Positions 9,728-19,841 of a stretch of DNA of 64,000 nt are shown here, piece after piece. Source of the DNA: a virus (Duplodnaviria > Caudoviricetes); IMG/VR virus record IMGVR_UViG_3300022670_001836, positions 1-64,000 of that record. One strand, 5' to 3'. Numbering within the stretch: the stretch's first letter is position 1; each line of letters starts with the position of its first letter. Made by a program: the position numbers and the translations under genes. The notes under the pieces are model-generated. The model did no database searches. It was not told the DNA's origin and was given only the letters and a program-made list of their open reading frames with translations.

Positions 9728-12259
9728 TCACTCGATGCCGAAGATTTCTTCTTCCAGTTGCGTCTGTGAAACAATCGTGGCCTTCACCAGAATGTAATCG
9801 TTCAACGATTGTTTCAAGCGCACTGTTGATCCAAAGAAAAAGTTGAGAACAGGAATTTTAGAGATGAAGGGAAGCCCGGCGTAATCATCAACCTCTTCAC
9901 CATTGGCAAAGCCGCCGACCAGGATACTGCCACGATCAGGCACCGAAGCTGTTGTCCTGATGGCGCGGTAGGCAATCACCGGTAATTCGATTTGTGTCGC
10001 ACCACTAATGCCTCCGGCATTGGTAGTCACAAAGTCCAAACGAATAAATTCGGCCACGGTGGGTCTCAAATCCATCGTGATGTACTTTCTGTCATGGGAC
10101 ACGATGGGACGAACATCCAAAGAAATACCTGTTTGGATGTAACCAATTTCCGGATCAAAAAGACCGACACCTGCCTGAGTGACCGCTGTGAGGTCTCGAA
10201 TGTAAGCCTGCTGCGTCAAGACTGCAACGTTGGCTCTTTGAGTGTTGAAACAGGTGATCATTGGAGCCACGAGGAAGTTGGCGTGTCTTTTATGGGTCAC
10301 GGCTCTTAAAAGACCGGCGACCTGAAGGTCATTGAGGTATTCGAATGTGATGGCCAGGCCCTCATTGAATTTGACGCCATTATTCTGGTTGTCAATCTGA
10401 TAGGTGAGGCCCACAAAGTTCTGTGTCCGTCCGCGTAGAGTATCACGTCCAGAAGTGGGGCTCAAGAAACCGAGTTCATTACTGATGTTGTTGATGTTGT
10501 CATTTGAGGGGTACTGGTTCAGGACGGTGTCATCACCCCATGGTGTGACGGGCGGTTGGGCCAAGCCGTTGTAGTCGACCCCGACGAAATTGAGGTCAAG
10601 GCTGTTCAGCCTCAAAAAGCGTACTTGAATGGTGACTTGAAGATTTCGTTGGGCTCTCATGCCTGTGAGAATTTCTTCAATCTTTTCGTGGATCTCGACC
10701 GAGTTGTTCACCACGATCGATCCGTTGCGGTACTCGATACTACTATTTTCGCCCCAAGCTTCCTCACCGGTGGCATTGGTGATCAGATCCAGCAAGTCGT
10801 CGCCAGATGGTGGATCTTCATCGGGTTCGAGGATTTCAATCTGAGCACCGCCGGCATCGGCCTGCACCATGCTGATCTGAGGGCCGGCGTAATCGTTGAT
10901 GGTGGCGATGAGGTCACGCACATCGTAATTGACCAATTCGGCTGTGGAGGCAAAGGTTTCTTTGTTTCCAATAAAGATGGTGCCGTACTTCAAGGTCCAG
11001 CCCAGGTTGTCACTTTCGATTTTTGAAACCACGATCTCAAGGACCTGCTTGAAACTTAGGTTGACCACCGGGATTTCATCGATGACCTGTTCGAGGTCGA
11101 TATCGTTGTCCAATTCAATCAATACTTCGTAGGCGATCATCAATTTCTGAATGAGTTCCTCAAGTGGTTGTTCGTCATAAGGCTGGGTGGCGGGTTTGTC
11201 GAGAATACCTCTCAGTCGAGTCTTCCACTCAGATTCAGAAGAACTACGACGGGCGCGGTTGGCCTTCTTGCGCTTACGGGCAATGTCCATGAAATCGTCA
11301 GGGAAGCTGATACCCATATTGGGGTCCAGCAAAATATAACCCTCAGCGTCGTAGAGCTTGCGGGTTTCGTTGTGAATGAATTTCTGGTGAACGGCCAAGG
11401 CGCGCGAGCCTTGATCGATTCGGGTGCCCGAAAGCGATAACATTTTTTTGGCGTGCTCGTTGCCCAGCTCCATCTTCAGAATAATTTTGTAAAGTGCGAT
11501 GGCTCTTTCGTAATCGTGAGAAGCATAACGGTCGTCGGCCTGTTCTGTGAGACTGTCCAGGCGTTCTTGGTAAACGAATTGATTTTTTGCCAGAGCACGT
11601 GCGGCCTCCGCTTCGGCCCGATCTTGTCGGTCCACGGTGATGACTTCATCTTCAGCGCGTCGTCTTCCTTTATTCTCTACGAGGAGGTAATTGATTTTTT
11701 CGCGGTACGCAGTGGCGTTTGAGTCGTAGGGCAAAAAGGCAATGGCATCCAGTGTGGTGGTCAGTTTCTTTTTCGCTTCGTCAAACTTCTTTTCTTTGAT
11801 CAGTTTCTGCGATTCTGCGATGGAGAGTTTGATTTCAATTTCCTGCTGGTTGTCGAAAGCTGTTTTCACATTTCGCTGCTTTTTGAGCAGGTCATCTGTT
11901 TTGTCTTCGGGAATGCCAAGGGCTGAATTGACTTTGGTCAAAAGTTGTTTGGATTTTTTGTGACTCTTCACATAACTGAGGGCGTTGATCAGATTTTCAC
12001 GGGCCTGTTGCAGATCCATTTTTTTGGGATCCTTTTTTTCAGAGGCGGTGTGATCGCTGTAAAATTTGACGGCGGTGCGGTAATGGGAATCGGCAGCCAT
12101 GCGGTTGACCTGTTCGGTCTTGGCCTTGCGCGCTGCGGCTTCTTTGGCCAAATCTGCGGCGCTCTGCTCTTCTTGAGCGGGCAATGCCATAAAAGTGCTG
12201 CAGGCAATCAAAGAGGCAAAGAACAAAAATTTGTAGGGTCTTTTGTGGGTCTTTTTCAT
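9728..12259 (-). CDS. Type II/III secretion-type secretin (GspD/PilQ family) with long helical N-terminus
   Basis: Signal peptide; YDVRDL N-domain motif; QVTIQVRFL; APMITCFNTQRA; GISLDVRPIVSHDRKYITMDL; TTASVPDRGSILVGG; GLPFISKIPVLNFFF secretin signature. Confidence 0.92.
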   Translation of the reverse strand: MKKTHKRPYKFLFFASLIACSTFMALPAQEEQSAADLAKEAAARKAKTEQVNRMAADSHYRTAVKFYSDHTASEKKDPKKMDLQQARENLINALSYVKSHKKSKQLLTKVNSALGIPEDKTDDLLKKQRNVKTAFDNQQEIEIKLSIAESQKLIKEKKFDEAKKKLTTTLDAIAFLPYDSNATAYREKINYLLVENKGRRRAEDEVITVDRQDRAEAEAARALAKNQFVYQERLDSLTEQADDRYASHDYERAIALYKIILKMELGNEHAKKMLSLSGTRIDQGSRALAVHQKFIHNETRKLYDAEGYILLDPNMGISFPDDFMDIARKRKKANRARRSSSESEWKTRLRGILDKPATQPYDEQPLEELIQKLMIAYEVLIELDNDIDLEQVIDEIPVVNLSFKQVLEIVVSKIESDNLGWTLKYGTIFIGNKETFASTAELVNYDVRDLIATINDYAGPQISMVQADAGGAQIEILEPDEDPPSGDDLLDLITNATGEEAWGENSSIEYRNGSIVVNNSVEIHEKIEEILTGMRAQRNLQVTIQVRFLRLNSLDLNFVGVDYNGLAQPPVTPWGDDTVLNQYPSNDNINNISNELGFLSPTSGRDTLRGRTQNFVGLTYQIDNQNNGVKFNEGLAITFEYLNDLQVAGLLRAVTHKRHANFLVAPMITCFNTQRANVAVLTQQAYIRDLTAVTQAGVGLFDPEIGYIQTGISLDVRPIVSHDRKYITMDLRPTVAEFIRLDFVTTNAGGISGATQIELPVIAYRAIRTTASVPDRGSILVGGFANGEEVDDYAGLPFISKIPVLNFFFGSTVRLKQSLNDYILVKATIVSQTQLEEEIFGIE

Positions 12260-12408
12260 GGTCTCGGGTGTTCCTTATATGTTGCGCTTTGATGAATAAA
12301 TTATCGTGAAACATGTTTTCTATTTATTGTGTTATTACGCCAAATTTTTGTGTTATTTATCCAATCGGGGAAGATCGTGGCAATTAGATAATGAGCAATA
12401 ATAGAGAA

Positions 12409-13590
12409 TTATTGCTCGTTATTTAAAGGCTTCACGTTCAATAAAATATTTTCCTTGGTTTCTTTGCCCGTGACCGAAGATTCAGTTATCAGTTCTTCGT
12501 ATTCAATAATATAAGGAATCTTTTCAATGGTAATCCCTTTGAGTATATTGGCCGAATCAGCCGAGCCAGAAATTCGCCGTTTCTCGTCGCCTAAGCATTT
12601 TATGCGCCAAGTATGGTTAACTACATCAACCTTAAGAAAAACACCTTGCACAGCTATTTTTTCTGCCTCGCACTCATTTTCAAGTAATAATATCTCATAT
12701 ACTTTTTTAGCTGTTTCACTAGTGAGTTCCGTCTTTTTCACTTCTTCCATTGAAGGCGTTGTCCACAAATAATTGATTGACAATTCATTGTCGCCTAGAT
12801 ATTTTGAAAAATTCTTATAAGTAGAAATAAAGTGAGAGCCGTGACCTTTTATCCTTTCGATAAATTGTTCTGGACTTTCTGCGGAATCGAAGATTACAGA
12901 GTCTAATAAACCAAGTGCCTTCTCAGACACCGATTCACCGAATAAATCAACGTTATTTATGGTTTGTATTTTTATAGTAAGCGAACCGGCTCCGGTCGCA
13001 AATACTTCCAAACCCTCTACATCGTTTTGAAACGGTATTCGGGCTTCTTTGTCCAATGGTCTCAACGCATCAGAGTATGCATATTTAACCAAACTTTGTA
13101 TAGACATTAACAGCCTTGTTAAGTGTTTAAGGCCCAACGCGTGTGGGGTACTAGAATCAAAATCATTAAGATGTAGCTCTATTACTAATTTTTTTCTCTG
13201 CGTAGCTTCCATTCTTAGTAGCATATCCTCGGGCACCGCCGCTTCAACGATATAGCCTTCACTTGGTAACCAATCAGGGTTGAGCTCCCCTACTTCAAGT
13301 TTACCCGAAATAATTTCAACGGTGTCCTCATCTTGCTGATGTAGAACACCTAGATTTAGAAAGCCCATTTCGGGTGCCGAGTATATCGCCTTTAGATCAA
13401 TGTCATTTGAACGAAATGAAAAATAACGATCTTGTGAAATTTGTACGCACAAATATGCGTCCTGCCCCCGATCTATTTCATGTGCTATCGCCATCACCAA
13501 ATATAAGGTATTAATAATATCGGAACAAACCAATAGAACGGGTTTGTCATAATATTCAAGAACGTCAAAGTTTTTTAGTAAAATTGTCAT
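12409..13590 (-). CDS. DUF6575-like protein, candidate defence component
   Basis: N-terminal LEYYDKPVL...LPSEGY pattern recalled as DUF6575; C-terminal OB-like segment; located in an R-M island. Confidence 0.6.
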   Translation of the reverse strand: MTILLKNFDVLEYYDKPVLLVCSDIINTLYLVMAIAHEIDRGQDAYLCVQISQDRYFSFRSNDIDLKAIYSAPEMGFLNLGVLHQQDEDTVEIISGKLEVGELNPDWLPSEGYIVEAAVPEDMLLRMEATQRKKLVIELHLNDFDSSTPHALGLKHLTRLLMSIQSLVKYAYSDALRPLDKEARIPFQNDVEGLEVFATGAGSLTIKIQTINNVDLFGESVSEKALGLLDSVIFDSAESPEQFIERIKGHGSHFISTYKNFSKYLGDNELSINYLWTTPSMEEVKKTELTSETAKKVYEILLLENECEAEKIAVQGVFLKVDVVNHTWRIKCLGDEKRRISGSADSANILKGITIEKIPYIIEYEELITESSVTGKETKENILLNVKPLNNEQ

Positions 13591-13603
13591 TGTTTAAATT
13601 TTA

Positions 13604-13990
13604 TCATATTACAGACACAACAGATGCCACAAGATCCAGAGGCCTACAAATTGATTTAAGCCACCACGAATAATGACGACCTCCCTTTTTTGATTTTATT
13701 ACACCATCATCAGTTCCGATCTTAATAACAGCAATTGCTTCATATTTTCTAAATTTTGCAATCGACTTTAAATTTTTAGCACCTTCCTTCGTTGTATATA
13801 ATGATAGCGATTTCGATGCGCACTCCTTTTTTCCGGAATAATCTTTATTAGGGTACAATTCGTGATATGACTTAAAATCCTGAGGCGTTGCAGAATTAAA
13901 TTCGATAAGTCGATAAAATAAAACTCCTTCTTCTGCATTGTGAGCGTCGTCTGGTGGGCAGCCATCTGGCAAGGTTAATTTCCAAGTCAT
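13604..13990 (-). CDS. Small protein with ADP-ribosyltransferase-like motif order
   Basis: LPDGCPPDDA...FYRL...DFKS...SLSLY...HYSWW; 13 bp upstream of the DUF6575-like gene. Confidence 0.55.
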   Translation of the reverse strand: MTWKLTLPDGCPPDDAHNAEEGVLFYRLIEFNSATPQDFKSYHELYPNKDYSGKKECASKSLSLYTTKEGAKNLKSIAKFRKYEAIAVIKIGTDDGVIKSKKGGRHYSWWLKSICRPLDLVASVVSVI

Positions 13991-14193
13991 TATTTCTTCC
14001 TTAATAGTTTATTCAAGTAGGACTTAACTCCTGTCTCAACTGCTATGTCGTTTACCACTTTCCTCGTAATCTTTGCGCCCATTTCATTTAAACCGTCAAG
14101 CTCTTTATGGGTCGCTATTTGAGATTTACGAATCTCTCTTACCCCTAGATTCTTTTATTCAACCGATGTATTATCGGCAAGGGCACCCCTCCA

Positions 14194-15144
14194 TCAAATT
14201 CCCTTACTAAAAGGTAAACTTTTTATGTATTGTTCCATGAACTTATAATCGGGGTTACCTTTACCATCTGCGGGTAATTTGATTAAAGATTTGTTCATCC
14301 GAGCAATACCCCATTTTCTCCCGTAGTTGTAGCGGTATTTTTCCCGTCTGATTAAAGTGGTCATAAACAAAGCAACGTATTTGTTCATCTCGAACTTACT
14401 CTTAAATATATGAACAGCTTCAGAAGAACAAAAAGGCAGTGGTTGATAGTAAGATTCAGCGACGCTTCCGTCTCTGTTAACGCTGATAGTGTTGCCTTCA
14501 TGAAAAGGCTCAACTGAAGAAAGGGAAGTCCAGCCATTATTGCTATCAGAAGACGTGACTATTGGGGTTGATCCTACACCATCAACATCTTTTTTTCTTG
14601 GGCCCTGTCCTCTTTCAATGTCAAATAAATCTTGGTATACGAACCATTTCCATTTTTTTACTTCGAGATCAGGCCTTCTATTTTTTATAAAGGGTTGGGC
14701 TTGGTCATCAAAGTTGAAATCAGAAATTGTAGACACCCATCGTGGGATTTCACTAAGCTCTGGAATCAAAATGTCCTTCAGTGTTCTATTTGCCTGCCTT
14801 CCATAATTGTACCTGAATTTGTTCACGTAAATGCAGGCGCAATAAAATAGCTTTTCTTGAAGCGTCATTTCTAGTTTAGGCGTAAGACAAGCTATGTGGT
14901 ACCCAGAATAGAAGGGCTCTAGCTGTAAAAATGTTGATAGTACCGAACCACCTAAGGCAACCGTTATTGTATTGGCGGGTGTGGGCTCTACCCCAAGTAC
15001 GCTTTCAACTTCTGCGCTAACCCCATTATTTTTTTCTGAGCGCGAAACAAAATTAATTCCGTCCGTGCATTTTTTGAGCTTGTTCAATGCAAACCCATTA
15101 CCAGACGCTAAGTCAAAAAGGTCTGATATTTTGAGTAATTTCAT
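14194..15144 (-). CDS. Restriction-modification specificity subunit (BcgIB/HsdS-like)
   Basis: Two homologous TRD halves (NNG...NTI...Q..PF...(F/Y)RYNYGR); 4-bp overlap with the R-M gene. Confidence 0.88.
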   Translation of the reverse strand: MKLLKISDLFDLASGNGFALNKLKKCTDGINFVSRSEKNNGVSAEVESVLGVEPTPANTITVALGGSVLSTFLQLEPFYSGYHIACLTPKLEMTLQEKLFYCACIYVNKFRYNYGRQANRTLKDILIPELSEIPRWVSTISDFNFDDQAQPFIKNRRPDLEVKKWKWFVYQDLFDIERGQGPRKKDVDGVGSTPIVTSSDSNNGWTSLSSVEPFHEGNTISVNRDGSVAESYYQPLPFCSSEAVHIFKSKFEMNKYVALFMTTLIRREKYRYNYGRKWGIARMNKSLIKLPADGKGNPDYKFMEQYIKSLPFSKGI

Positions 15145-16973
15145 GACACACCATTTTTCAGTTTGAAGAGCATATAATTCTTTACGGTCTCTTCAAAATC
15201 ATTTCTGGTGATAGTACTGTAGTCCGTCTCCATATAGGCCTCAACACACCATTCGTCTTCAGGTCCAACCTTCATTTTCACTGAGTGGCCCGGTATTACT
15301 CGGCCATTGCGATAGTTGTCAACCCACCCGTCTCTGATTTCCTCCCACCTGCGGTTCAGGTCATACCGGCCTAGAGTTTTCGTTTTTACAAAGCCATCGT
15401 TTTTCCAATACCCAAACCATGTCTCTTTGTCGGATTGCTCATGAGGTACCTTAGCGGTGAAAATCATAATACAACTAACCACCCCAACAGGCTGAAAAAG
15501 TTCAGTAGGCATAGACATGACGGCTACGAGCGTGTGTTCGTTCAACAGCTCACTCTTTAAGTCATGAGGAGATATGGCCGATGACATCGGTACGATTGCG
15601 ATTCCTGTTCCACCCTTTTTCAAGCAGTGAAGCATGTGTCTAATAAATTCCAACTCATGTAGATCTTCATCGCCCTGTGCATAAGGAGGGTTTAACATCC
15701 CGACATCACATTTTCTCTTTACTATATCATCGGTAATAGCGTTATCAAAACAACTGCCCTGGTATAGATTAGCCTTGCCGTCTCCCCTCAAGATCATATT
15801 GCTTGCTGCCAAAGCATACATGTGAGGAAGATTTTCAACACCGATAAGGCACTCATTTTTTATTTTCACTACCTCCTGGTCGGTTGAAGTCTTCGTAGTC
15901 ATGTTATGCATTGCAGATATTAAAAACCCACCTGTGCCTGCACAGATGTCTAAAACTTTTGAGCTTTTATGGAGATTACCCAGCAAAGAAAAAAGTTCTG
16001 TTATGTGCTTTGGCGTTAATACAATACCCAAAGCTCTCTTATCGCCCCCAGTGTATTTTAAAAACTCCCCGTAAAATTGACCGACTATGTCATAGTTGCC
16101 TTGGTGATTGATATAAGGCCAAACTTCTTTATGAAGCACAGTTATAATTTCACGTAAGACGCCTTCGGGATAGCTTTTAGTCTTCCCCAAATTTGGATGA
16201 ACAGCTATCGATGAGTAGGGTTGTGTAATATTATTCTTTTTGGCCGGCATATCAGCCTTTCCGAACTCTTTTTTGATAGCTCTCATCCACAACCCTTGTA
16301 ACTCGTCAATATCGCATACCCGATAAGCGTTATTGAAGACATTATCTCTCAAAGCAATAAGAGTACCGCTCACCAGTAGGGGCTTTTCACTCTCCGTTAA
16401 TTTCGCGTGGTCTCTCAGAAAGTCATGAAGCTTCGCAGAAAATTTTGTCAGTCTTTCAGAAAATGTTTTTTTGAGTTCGGGGTTGAAATTTGCCAATCGA
16501 ATGTAATCAGACCAACCGATTATCTCTTCTACTGGCTTTCGTGCTTCAGTGCTTAAAGGAATGGCGGAATCAGCGTCTTTGAAATGGATGAAATTTGATA
16601 CCCTTAAATTATTTTTTCTGACGCCACTTACTGCGATAGCAATTACATTATAGGAGGAGGAAAGTGCCTTTGCGTAATGTAGAACGCCGTCTACAGCGTG
16701 CTTCTCAGGGTCCTGTCTACCTTCTTTACTCTCATGATCTTTGATGTTTTTTTTGCATTCAATAACAACAACGTAATCAAATTCTTCGGAATTGGTGATA
16801 ATAAATTCTGGCCTGCCTACGCCTCCGTTCCCTGCTTTTCCAGCAGATTTAAGGCACCTTTTGATGCCCGCAATTTCACTCTCTTGTTCTGTCACCAAAA
16901 AAACGTCGTTTTGATAGCCTCGGTCTTTAAGGATTTTACGTACAATGTTTTCTGTAACTTTTTCGTTCGCCAT
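15141..16973 (-). CDS. Type IIB (BcgI-like) fused endonuclease/N6-adenine methyltransferase
   Basis: N-terminal PEF...IECKK nuclease motif; LDICAGTGGFL (motif I); NPPY (motif IV); paired with an S subunit. Confidence 0.88.
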   Translation of the reverse strand: MANEKVTENIVRKILKDRGYQNDVFLVTEQESEIAGIKRCLKSAGKAGNGGVGRPEFIITNSEEFDYVVVIECKKNIKDHESKEGRQDPEKHAVDGVLHYAKALSSSYNVIAIAVSGVRKNNLRVSNFIHFKDADSAIPLSTEARKPVEEIIGWSDYIRLANFNPELKKTFSERLTKFSAKLHDFLRDHAKLTESEKPLLVSGTLIALRDNVFNNAYRVCDIDELQGLWMRAIKKEFGKADMPAKKNNITQPYSSIAVHPNLGKTKSYPEGVLREIITVLHKEVWPYINHQGNYDIVGQFYGEFLKYTGGDKRALGIVLTPKHITELFSLLGNLHKSSKVLDICAGTGGFLISAMHNMTTKTSTDQEVVKIKNECLIGVENLPHMYALAASNMILRGDGKANLYQGSCFDNAITDDIVKRKCDVGMLNPPYAQGDEDLHELEFIRHMLHCLKKGGTGIAIVPMSSAISPHDLKSELLNEHTLVAVMSMPTELFQPVGVVSCIMIFTAKVPHEQSDKETWFGYWKNDGFVKTKTLGRYDLNRRWEEIRDGWVDNYRNGRVIPGHSVKMKVGPEDEWCVEAYMETDYSTITRNDFEETVKNYMLFKLKNGVS

Positions 16974-16992
16974 TCTTTAGCCTTCTTCCGTG

Positions 16993-17559
16993 TTAATCTT
17001 GCCCACCTAAAAGCGCAATAATAACCTTTGCGCTTATATTTTCTACAGAGGCTCTACCTATTTTCCATAAAACACTTAAGGTGCCGGATTCTCTATGGGA
17101 ATTATATGTGTCTTGATATCGGGAACGGGCCTCATCACTAAGTTCCATTTCGTTCCGACCCTCATCCAAAAATGAAGTCACCCTTTTTTCGACGATTTGA
17201 TTTTGTCGAAGCACATAGCTAGCGAAGTCGTCCTCTGTCAACTCTTTTACCAGCATAGGCTGCACTTCAATTTGAAGTTCCCATAGTACCTTAAAGGCAT
17301 TAAGTTTAGAAGAACTGTCAAAGCCTTTTATTTTTGAGGTGTAAATTTGAATCGCAGCGAGTCTCGCCCTAAACTCGTTAGGGTTGAATTGTACGAGGTC
17401 TTTTAAGTTGGGGACAACTTCTTCGGATAAAAAATTATGAAGGTTATCTAACTCGCTCATTTTACAATTTCCAGGTGCCCGCATTATCTCTGACACATGC
17501 TCTTTCGCTAGTTTAAGGCAATTATAATAATGAGTTCTCGCTTCGTTAGTATCGTTCAT
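16993..17559 (-). CDS. Hypothetical helical protein
   Basis: 188-aa ORF co-oriented within the island. Confidence 0.7.
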   Translation of the reverse strand: MNDTNEARTHYYNCLKLAKEHVSEIMRAPGNCKMSELDNLHNFLSEEVVPNLKDLVQFNPNEFRARLAAIQIYTSKIKGFDSSSKLNAFKVLWELQIEVQPMLVKELTEDDFASYVLRQNQIVEKRVTSFLDEGRNEMELSDEARSRYQDTYNSHRESGTLSVLWKIGRASVENISAKVIIALLGGQD

Positions 17560-17610
17560 TACTATTTTTCATTTTTTCCCACCTCCACACAAGAACCCAT
17601 TATAAACATC

Positions 17611-17666
17611 CAACAACTGGCAACAACTGGCAACAACTGGCAACAACTGGTACCGGGTACCAGTTG
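17611..17666. repeat. (CAACAACTGG)x4 tandem repeat running into the 23-bp palindrome CAACTGGTACC-G-GGTACCAGTTG
   Basis: Directly visible. Confidence 0.95.
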
Positions 17667-17675
17667 CTCGGCTGT

Positions 17676-18620
17676 TCAAAATTTGTTAACATTTAATTTT
17701 TTTATAATATCTCTACTGGCCGATTCCAAGGATACCAATTCGTCAATAGCTTTTTTATGAATCTGATCCCATTCCCTCTCGCCGTTTCGATAACCACCAA
17801 TGTCGTATTGTTTTCTAATTGCGCAATAACGTCGATTTTCCATTTTCTCCCACAATAAAGATGATCCAAATTTACTTTCGATTTCATCTTTCTTTTCAAA
17901 AAGTTGATCAAAGATATCTGCATTCCACCTTTCTGAATCACGTCCTTTATCAATGTAGAGTTCAATACTAATGGAGTCTTTTGTTATACTGCAATTATAT
18001 CCAATACCTCTAACACCAGCGGATGTTCCTATATAGCTATATTTGCCTGGAGAAATCGAATTGAATAACTTAGTTTTTTGTTTTGCGGTTTCCAAAAATA
18101 GTGACCAGAATTTGTATCGCAACTTGTGTCGTTCAGTATCGTTTTGTTTGATCTTGCCAACAGCTTTAGTTTCTTCGCTTGGGCCAACAATTTTTGTGAT
18201 AAGTGGTGCGGGGGCTGAATCTCCTATTTTTATACCTTCTATTTTAAGGAGAAAAAAATCACATCCATTGTCACCTTCATTTAGCCAGTTGATAGCTGTA
18301 ATATGTTCTTGCCTTGGTTCGGATACAATCCATATAGCTGTTTTTGCTTCGAAATTTGAGAGATAAGTAATTAATTTACCTAGATGGTCATGATCACTTT
18401 TTTCTAGCTGATTTTCAATGATTACGGTGTTTCCTTCGGTGTCCTCGGCTTTGATATCGACATTAAATGAACCAGTAGATACTTCACGTTCCGTATTTTG
18501 AATGGTTAATCCCAATGATTCGTTTAGGACATCTATATTTTCGTTAAGCCACACGGTAAAGTCAGTGGCCTCATGTTTCCAAATACTACGAAGAGATACA
18601 TGTTCAATTTTTCCTATCAT
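17676..18620 (-). CDS. DUF4268-domain protein with N-terminal PD-(D/E)XK (NucS-like) nuclease domain
   Basis: W.HEA.DFT.WL; VDI...IIENQL..SDHDHLGKLITY; C-terminal FW..F...ELYID...IE..FG..L.W. Confidence 0.82.
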   Translation of the reverse strand: MIGKIEHVSLRSIWKHEATDFTVWLNENIDVLNESLGLTIQNTEREVSTGSFNVDIKAEDTEGNTVIIENQLEKSDHDHLGKLITYLSNFEAKTAIWIVSEPRQEHITAINWLNEGDNGCDFFLLKIEGIKIGDSAPAPLITKIVGPSEETKAVGKIKQNDTERHKLRYKFWSLFLETAKQKTKLFNSISPGKYSYIGTSAGVRGIGYNCSITKDSISIELYIDKGRDSERWNADIFDQLFEKKDEIESKFGSSLLWEKMENRRYCAIRKQYDIGGYRNGEREWDQIHKKAIDELVSLESASRDIIKKLNVNKF

Positions 18621-18640
18621 GATGATCTCCTAAAGTTTAA

Positions 18641-18662
18641 AACTGGTACCCGGTACCAATTG
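18641..18662. repeat. Second copy of the palindrome, AACTGGTACC-C-GGTACCAATTG
   Basis: Directly visible; downstream flank ctagttgtt resembles ctcggctgtt after copy 1. Confidence 0.9.
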
Positions 18663-19095
18663 CTAGTTGTTTAAGTTAAAACTATCAGTTGGTTTTGATA
18701 GTATTTTTTATTTCGTTAATAAAATATTCTTGTGGATCATTATCACACTTTACGTAGAATGTTTCGCCGTTTGATAAGCACACTGTAAGCTCGTCATTTT
18801 TCATTTTTTCTTCAGCACGTTTCGCCTCATTTTCAGCCCAGCGTTGTTCAGGTGTCAAAGCCGCTCTTCGTGCCGCCCCCTTTCACGTTTTAAAATCTGA
18901 CCAATGTTTAATAAAATTGTAATCAGGCAGGTCATTATAGGTGCGCCTAAAATATTGTCAAAACGTTTTATTGGCATCTCTGGCTTTTACTGAGAATAAA
19001 AACAAAAGCTTTGCTAACTCGCTAATTATTTAATTTGAGGCATTTAAACAGATTAATCACTTTGGATATTTTGAGCATCTTGGTCATTGCGGAGA

Positions 19096-19458
19096 TCAAT
19101 TTATTAACCATTCCATCGCCTTTCCCATATCATCTGTGATCATAGAAAATTCGAGACCAGCATCCTTTTCTTGCGTGTACCTTTTCGAATAGATCCGCTC
19201 AAGACCTCTCGTGATCACATACGCTCTTTTCGATGTCAGGCTGAAAGGCGATAGCTGGCCGAGTTTTTCGAGACCTTCAGCCGTTACCAAATTCCTTACG
19301 ATCCCTCTGGCATCGGCAAGAAAATTGAATTCTGGTTTGAAGTCTGGGTGGCCGGTGATGTAAAAGAAGTTTTCATATGATTGGCCGTCGGTGATCTCAC
19401 CGGTGATCGTGTTGATCACGAGTTTTTTTTCAACGTCAATTATTGTCACGATGCCCAT
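19096..19458 (-). CDS. STAS/SEC14 (SpoIIAA-like) small protein
   Basis: TITGEIT...HPDFKP..NFLADAR...KRAYVI...AMEWL pattern. Confidence 0.65.
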   Translation of the reverse strand: MGIVTIIDVEKKLVINTITGEITDGQSYENFFYITGHPDFKPEFNFLADARGIVRNLVTAEGLEKLGQLSPFSLTSKRAYVITRGLERIYSKRYTQEKDAGLEFSMITDDMGKAMEWLIN

Positions 19459-19460
19459 TT

Positions 19461-19841
19461 TTATTGAGAGCCAATGGAATAAGCTTCAGCCTCCCGCACC
19501 ATCTCACTGATATCAGCCATTAGGAATGGCTTTTGAACTACTCGAAGAACATTTGGGTAGCCAGAAAACTTGATTGATAAATCGACGGGATTGCAACCGC
19601 TTAGAATGATGGTTTTCATAAAAATCCTGGCCGCCTCCAACTCTTCCAAGACTTCCTCGCCATTCCAAATAGGCAAACTGAAATCGAGAAACAAGAGATC
19701 GATGTCCCCTTTCATTATTCTGAGAACGGCTTCTTTGCCCTGGTTGGCTGCAAAAACTTCGTGGTTGTCGATTGTCAATAAATGTGTCAGCATTTTAATA
19801 ATGCCCTGTTCGTCATCAGCAATTAAAATCCTCATCGTCAT
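19461..19841 (-). CDS. Single-domain response regulator (CheY-like receiver)
   Basis: ILIADDE, LLFLDFSLP, IILSG, QKPF; GAGGAGG RBS. Confidence 0.92.
   Translation of the reverse strand: MTMRILIADDEQGIIKMLTHLLTIDNHEVFAANQGKEAVLRIMKGDIDLLFLDFSLPIWNGEEVLEELEAARIFMKTIILSGCNPVDLSIKFSGYPNVLRVVQKPFLMADISEMVREAEAYSIGSQ

Noticed and set aside
12336-12345. Sigma54 promoters at the TTTGGCGTA words
   Set aside because: No TTGC -12 element at the required spacing in the copies checked.
17611-17666. CRISPR array
   Set aside because: Contiguous 10-bp units with no spacers and no cas genes.
18940-18967. dif site as prophage attachment (GGTGCGCCTAA, 10/11 to the XerC arm)
   Set aside because: No XerD arm follows the 6-bp spacer.
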